Below, one piece after another: positions 26,416-30,785 of a stretch of 30,785 nucleotides of DNA (within the stretch, counting starts at the first letter, position 1; each line of letters starts with the position of its first letter). The notes beneath the pieces are model-generated. The model was not told the DNA's origin. It saw only the letters and a program-made list of their open reading frames with translations, and did not search any database. The position numbers and the translations under genes were made by a program. This stretch comes from Tubiluchus corallicola (Eukaryota > Animalia > Priapulida), in contig JAQGDQ010002454.1 in NCBI GenBank assembly GCA_030141605.1, positions 1-30,785 of the forward strand. Direction: 5' to 3'.

Positions 26416-28893
26416 TTAAATACCCACTGAGTCTTGTCCAGTTCCGTCACCCATAGAGTCTCTATTTGAGTTTGTTTTTTTTCTTTGTTTTTGATTTTTG
26501 GGGTTGCCAAAGTAATATGAAAAGGCAAGATATGCAATTTGCGTTTCCCAGTTTCTTTCTCCAGCAGACTCAAATCCCTCTCCGTTTACATTATAATTAA
26601 ATCTAAATGTGTTAAAAACATCACTTACTCTTAGGCTTATGTTCGCTTTTTTCTCCCATAAATTTTTCCTTGAAACAAGGTCGGCTCCCCACATTGGGTC
26701 TATATGTCCTTGTGGAGTTATTCTTTTTCCATAATATCTAAACACTAGTTGAAGAAAATATTCTTTAGGCAATGTAAATGAGCTATTGATGCGTGTAAAC
26801 CATATTAAACCTTTGTTAGAATAATTTTGGTTGTCTTGATCTAATATAGAGTAATAAATATTGAAATTGGAGTTTATGTTCCACCATGTGTAGAATTTCA
26901 TATTTACATTATTTTCAAACCCCATTGCTTGCGAAGAAGAAATATTTTCATATGTGGCAATCCTTATATTACCTTCACTTAAAATAAATCTTGAAATTTG
27001 GTCGTAATGATGCCTATAAAACAATGAAGAGTTTATCGTTCCCTTTTTCTTTATATCATAATTGTGAGAAAGCTCTAATACATGAGCATATGCGGGGCTT
27101 AATAGTGGGTTCCCTCTACGAATGGTTAGCGGATCTTCATAGCGTGGCATGGGATTAAGTTGTCGGGTTGATGGCCTATATATTCGTTTGGTATAGTTTA
27201 GTATGAGACTATTTTGATTGTTGATGTCTTTTTTCAAATTGATAGTAGGAAAATAATCCAAATAGCTATTTGTACTTGTACTGTATAGCAGTTTGGAGTG
27301 AAATTCTATCATGGTTTGCTCTAGCCTAAGCCCCACTTGTAGTGCCCATGTAGGGTGAAAATTGAAGACAGTAATTCCATATAAGGCATAAACATTTTCA
27401 TTGTAGGTGAAGGCGTCACTACGGTCTTCATCGATTTCATATTTGTTATCATCTATGGAGCTATAAAAATCTAATTTATTGTCAAGTTGTCTTAATGTTG
27501 TGCGCCCGCCTATTTCAAATTTACTAAAAATTTTGTTTTGTTGTTCTTTATAGTAGTCTACACTTGTTACCAATAGGTTACTGTTATTTCTGTTATCCTC
27601 TTTATTATAGTCTCCGCTTTTAAAAGAATTGTCATTGTTGAAATATTCGTTTGTAAATTTTCCATCTTTTACACTTTCATTTTTACGAAAGTTAACGCTT
27701 GCTTCTAAAAAGTGTTGTTTTCCATCAAATTCATTTCTATAAGTCAAGTCGTGTCTTTGTGAAAGGTTGGACAGTGAACTATTGGTTTTTCTGTTGCCAA
27801 TGCTATCTAGTAGGTGGTTTAAGTCATAATAATTGTAGTCTATGTCTCCTTTTTCTGTAAAGTCTCTATTGTTAATACTGGATGAGTAAAATATTGTATT
27901 GGCAGGATTGATATAATAATCTATTCCAAATTTACCGTTGTGACTCATATTACTTCTCTTGTTGTTTGAGAATTCTGTTTGAGTTTGGTTTTCATATTTT
28001 ATATTGTCATTTTTTTCGGAAATCCTATCAGTATATTGAAATGCGTAGTTACCATAGAGGTTAAATTTTCCTGTATAGCGCGATAAACTGATGGAAGTAT
28101 TATATTTGTTGCGCGTTCCTGCTCCAACATTGACAGATCCTAATGCTCCCAACTTTTTATTTTTCTTTAACACTATATTTAAGATACCAGAAGTGCCTGT
28201 GGCATCATATTTTGCTGATGGATTAGTAATTACTTCTATTGTCTCTATGGCGTCTGTTGGAATTTGCAATAATACTTCTTCTGCGCTTAGGTTGGTAGGG
28301 CGACCATCTATTAATATAATTACGTTTTCACCTCCTCGCAGGCTTACAGTTCCATCTACCGATACGTTAACGGAAGGGATATTGTCCATTATTTCAAATG
28401 CATTTGTACCAACTGCCAGCATGTCAGCACCTATATTTACTACTTTTTTATCTATCCTGTAATCTACCGTTGTTGTTTCGGCGGTAATGACTACCTCATC
28501 TAGTTCTTTTTCTAATGATGACAATGCTATCATTTTTGTTTTGTAAATAGGTTTTTGTTGGGTTAAAACAATGTTTTCTACTTTGTGCTTATCATATCCT
28601 ACAAATGTTATTTCAAGAAAGAATTTTCCTAATGGCAACTCTTTTATTTCAAATGCTCCCTTTTCATTAGTAAGCCCCCCTCCAACAATAGATTTATCTT
28701 GGTCACTAATTACGGCAATGGAGGTGTAGGGTAGAGGAGAACCATCATTTTTATCTATGATTTTTCCTTTTATTATTCCTATTTTTTGAGAGAGCTCTTT
28801 TTCTTGTTTTGTGCGCTGCTGAGCTGGTAGTTTGTTTGTCCATAATAATAATGTTATTATTATTATGTTTTTGATTAGGAGATTAATGTTCAT
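26416..28893 (-). CDS. TonB-dependent receptor / outer-membrane beta-barrel protein with N-terminal carboxypeptidase-regulatory-like domain
   Basis: Signal peptide, IKGKIID...PL.Y, LDEVVI, plug (IPSV.V..DG.VSLRG, IE.IEVITNPSAKYDA.G..GILNI.LKK), barrel motifs GLRLE, RI.RP...QLNP, GNP.L.P, D.FNT. Confidence 0.88.
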   Translation of the reverse strand: MNINLLIKNIIIITLLLWTNKLPAQQRTKQEKELSQKIGIIKGKIIDKNDGSPLPYTSIAVISDQDKSIVGGGLTNEKGAFEIKELPLGKFFLEITFVGYDKHKVENIVLTQQKPIYKTKMIALSSLEKELDEVVITAETTTVDYRIDKKVVNIGADMLAVGTNAFEIMDNIPSVNVSVDGTVSLRGGENVIILIDGRPTNLSAEEVLLQIPTDAIETIEVITNPSAKYDATGTSGILNIVLKKNKKLGALGSVNVGAGTRNKYNTSISLSRYTGKFNLYGNYAFQYTDRISEKNDNIKYENQTQTEFSNNKRSNMSHNGKFGIDYYINPANTIFYSSSINNRDFTEKGDIDYNYYDLNHLLDSIGNRKTNSSLSNLSQRHDLTYRNEFDGKQHFLEASVNFRKNESVKDGKFTNEYFNNDNSFKSGDYNKEDNRNNSNLLVTSVDYYKEQQNKIFSKFEIGGRTTLRQLDNKLDFYSSIDDNKYEIDEDRSDAFTYNENVYALYGITVFNFHPTWALQVGLRLEQTMIEFHSKLLYSTSTNSYLDYFPTINLKKDINNQNSLILNYTKRIYRPSTRQLNPMPRYEDPLTIRRGNPLLSPAYAHVLELSHNYDIKKKGTINSSLFYRHHYDQISRFILSEGNIRIATYENISSSQAMGFENNVNMKFYTWWNINSNFNIYYSILDQDNQNYSNKGLIWFTRINSSFTLPKEYFLQLVFRYYGKRITPQGHIDPMWGADLVSRKNLWEKKANISLRVSDVFNTFRFNYNVNGEGFESAGERNWETQIAYLAFSYYFGNPKNQKQRKKTNSNRDSMGDGTGQDSVGI

Positions 28894-28938
28894 GAATTAT
28901 AGCTGTTTAACAAATAATGAATAAATAATTATTATTCG

Positions 28939-28965
28939 TTAGACAAGTTTAATATAAGAGGGTTT
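28939..28965 (-). promoter_or_regulatory. Putative ECF-sigma (sigmaE-like) promoter for the OMP gene
   Basis: Minus strand reads AAACCC-N16-TCTAA (GTCTAA), 45 nt before ATG 28893; resembles GAACTT-N16-TCTRA. No TAnnTTTG in this gap. Confidence 0.4.
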
Positions 28966-28982
28966 ATTATTAGTGAAATTAA

Positions 28983-29964
28983 CTACTTTGAGCGTTGCAT
29001 TAGCTTTTGAATTACATCAAATAATAGCTTTTTTCTCTTTTCTTTTACGTCTAAGTTATTTAGTAGATCAATTGCAGATAAATAGTATTTTTTTATTGCC
29101 TTGTTGGTAATGTTTGGCACATCAAGTTGGTTATATATTTCTATAAAAGTTTTAATTTTTTTGTTGCTATCAAATTCTTTTTTATTGATCCAATCAATAA
29201 GTTCTTTTTTGGTATTTGCATCAGCAAGGTGAAGGGCTTTGATTAACAAAAAAGTTTTTTTATTACTAATAATATCACCGCCTACTTGTTTCCCAAAAGA
29301 GTTATCTGCATACACATCTAATAGGTCATCTTTGAGTTGAAAGGCCATGCCCATGTTTAGCCCAATGTTATATAGTTTCTGGCTTATAGATAGGGTTGAA
29401 TTGGCAAGCAGGCATCCAAGTTCTAAGCAAAAACCTAACAAGGTAGCTGTTTTTAATTGTATCATATCAAGATAGTGCTGTTCTGTGATATTAATATTTT
29501 TTTCAAAATTCATATCTAATTGTTGTCCTTCGCATACTTGTAAGGCGCATGTATTAAATCTATCAATAATATGATGAATATTGGGGGCCTTGCTTGATAG
29601 CAGTAGCTGATAAGATTTTATTAACATTGCATCTCCAGACAGAATAGCGGCGTTGGCATTCCATTTGGCATGTACTGTTGGTTTAGAACGCCTTAGGGGA
29701 GCATTATCCATGATATCGTCGTGCATTAGAGTAAAGTTGTGAAAACTCTACTGATAGTGCGGGGAGAATGTTTTTTTTTATGTCACTTTGAAAAAAGCTG
29801 TATGCAATGAGGGTTAATAGGGGTCTGATTCGCTTACCTTCGAGTTTTAGAATATATTGTATGGGTTGATAAAGTTCTTTTGGGTGCTGTAAAATAGGAT
29901 AGCGACTAATGTTTTTTTCTATAAGACGAATGTAAGAATCTAATGTTGTGTTATGCTCTAACAT
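28983..29964 (-). CDS. Polyprenyl diphosphate synthase (IspA/GGPP synthase-like), split by one apparent frameshift near 29744
   Basis: Upstream ORF has LY.PI.Y.L...GKRIRP. The shifted frame gives FHNFTLMHDDIMD...RR (first Asp-rich motif), GDAM, VCEGQQLD, KTA.L, FQLKDDLLD (second motif), FGKQVGGDI..NKKT. Confidence 0.9.
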
Positions 29965-29981
29965 TTTTTAGGTTTAATATG

Positions 29982-30455
29982 TTAAAGCTGGATAGAGCGG
30001 CTTAGGCTTTCATCTAATGAAATAATAGTCTCTGTTCTTTCTACGCCTTCTATATTTTGTATTTTTTCTGTAAGTACTTGTTTTAAATGATATGTATCTT
30101 TGCAATGTAATTTTAAAAAAATACTATAATTGCCTGTGGTGTAATATACATTTACAACTTCTTTGATTTTTTTTAGTTGTTTTATTACGGAGGCGTATAG
30201 GGAGCTTTTTAATAAAAATATACCTATAAATGCCGTAATATCAAACCCTATTTTTGTGTAGTCTATATCTAAATTTGCTCCTTTGACAATGCCCAATTCT
30301 TCCATTTTTTTCATCCGCACATGGACAGTGCCTCCCGAAACAAATACTTTTTTGGCGGCTTCTGTGTAGGGCATTTTAGCATTTTCACTTAAAATATTAA
30401 GGATTTTAATGTCTATTTCATCTAATAGGTTGGCTTTATTCCTCTTATCATCCAT
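29982..30455 (-). CDS. asnC: Lrp/AsnC family transcriptional regulator
   Basis: LDEID.KIL..L.ENAK.PYTE.AK...VSGGTVHVRMKKME..GIV (HTH); YYTTGNYSIF and IEGVERTET.ISL (RAM domain). Confidence 0.9.
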   Translation of the reverse strand: MDDKRNKANLLDEIDIKILNILSENAKMPYTEAAKKVFVSGGTVHVRMKKMEELGIVKGANLDIDYTKIGFDITAFIGIFLLKSSLYASVIKQLKKIKEVVNVYYTTGNYSIFLKLHCKDTYHLKQVLTEKIQNIEGVERTETIISLDESLSRSIQL

Positions 30456-30553
30456 TTAAAGGTTGGGTTTGTTTTTTACAAATTTGAATATAGATATTCA
30501 AAAAAGAACTTTTTTTTTCAAAAAGTCAAGTAAAATCCTTTTTATTTAACTTT

Positions 30554-30784
30554 TTATATTAACACCTTCATTCTCTTTAACTTTGCATGCTTTTTTTTGG
30601 TCATTAGTATTTTTAAACTTTGGGGTATGATATCTATTTTTATAGAGTTTTTATTAAAAGTTATTGGCTCGCCGTCAATATGAAGAACTATGTTTTTTGA
30701 AGATATTTCGGCTTGTTTGCATTTAAAAAATATGTAGTATTTTTTTAATTTGTCTATTTTCCCAAATATTAAAAATAAGCCTAT
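30554..30784 (-). CDS. Partial (3' end) diacylglycerol kinase family lipid kinase (YegS/DagK-like)
   Basis: Not in the ORF track. Manual translation is open for 76 codons: ...KCKQAEISSKNIVLHIDGEPITFNKNSIKIDIIPQSLKIL...*, with the family's HxDGE and I.P..L.I end motifs. Confidence 0.75.
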   Translation of the reverse strand: MGLFLIFGKIDKLKKYYIFFKCKQAEISSKNIVLHIDGEPITFNKNSIKIDIIPQSLKILMTKKKHAKLKRMKVLI

Positions 30785-30785
30785 G

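Noticed and set aside
735-28462. Numerous 60-160 aa ORFs antisense or out of frame inside larger genes (e.g. 735-1025, 5659-6042, 19643-20131, 28091-28462)
   Set aside because: They lie within or across well-supported genes, have Ser/Phe/Ile-rich shadow composition and show no recognisable motifs.
30578-30585. TAACTTTG as a plus-strand promoter
   Set aside because: It falls inside the 3' end of the minus-strand lipid kinase gene and no plus-strand gene is visible after it.
1-30785. CRISPR array, IS element, prophage, riboswitch or alternative genetic code
   Set aside because: By eye I found no regularly spaced repeats, transposase or phage motifs, or known riboswitch cores. TAA, TAG and TGA all end genes at the expected positions, and the breaks are frameshifts rather than recoded stops. 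An Infernal/Rfam scan would be needed to exclude structured RNAs.

Overview
An AT-rich, gene-dense chromosomal segment of a Bacteroidota bacterium. This is supported by repeated TAnnTTTG -7 promoter elements and lineage-typical genes (PUR/DUF3276, DUF4105/Lnb, DUF1080). It is mostly housekeeping genes in short, alternating transcription units: menI-menF, an RsmI-like methylase, pyrC, icd, argS, apbE-aroB, def, tRNA-Gln-prs-rplY, rarA, a class V PLP enzyme, a DEDDh exonuclease, lnb-rsgA, a TonB-dependent/beta-barrel OMP, polyprenyl synthase and Lrp/AsnC, with partial genes at both edges. I found no mobile element, CRISPR array, prophage or defence system. Five genes (menF, icd, argS, def, polyprenyl synthase) carry 1-2 nt indels in or next to short base runs, most likely consensus-sequence errors. 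The best leads are all hypotheses: (i) a DUF1080-PHP fusion lipoprotein plus two Gfo/Idh/MocA oxidoreductases (one Tat-exported, paired with a small membrane protein), which may be a dispersed 3-keto-glycoside pathway; (ii) an ECF-sigma-like promoter before the OMP gene, with a second similar motif facing a gene-free two-hairpin interval (candidate sRNA); (iii) a MenI-like thioesterase lacking its HGG motif.
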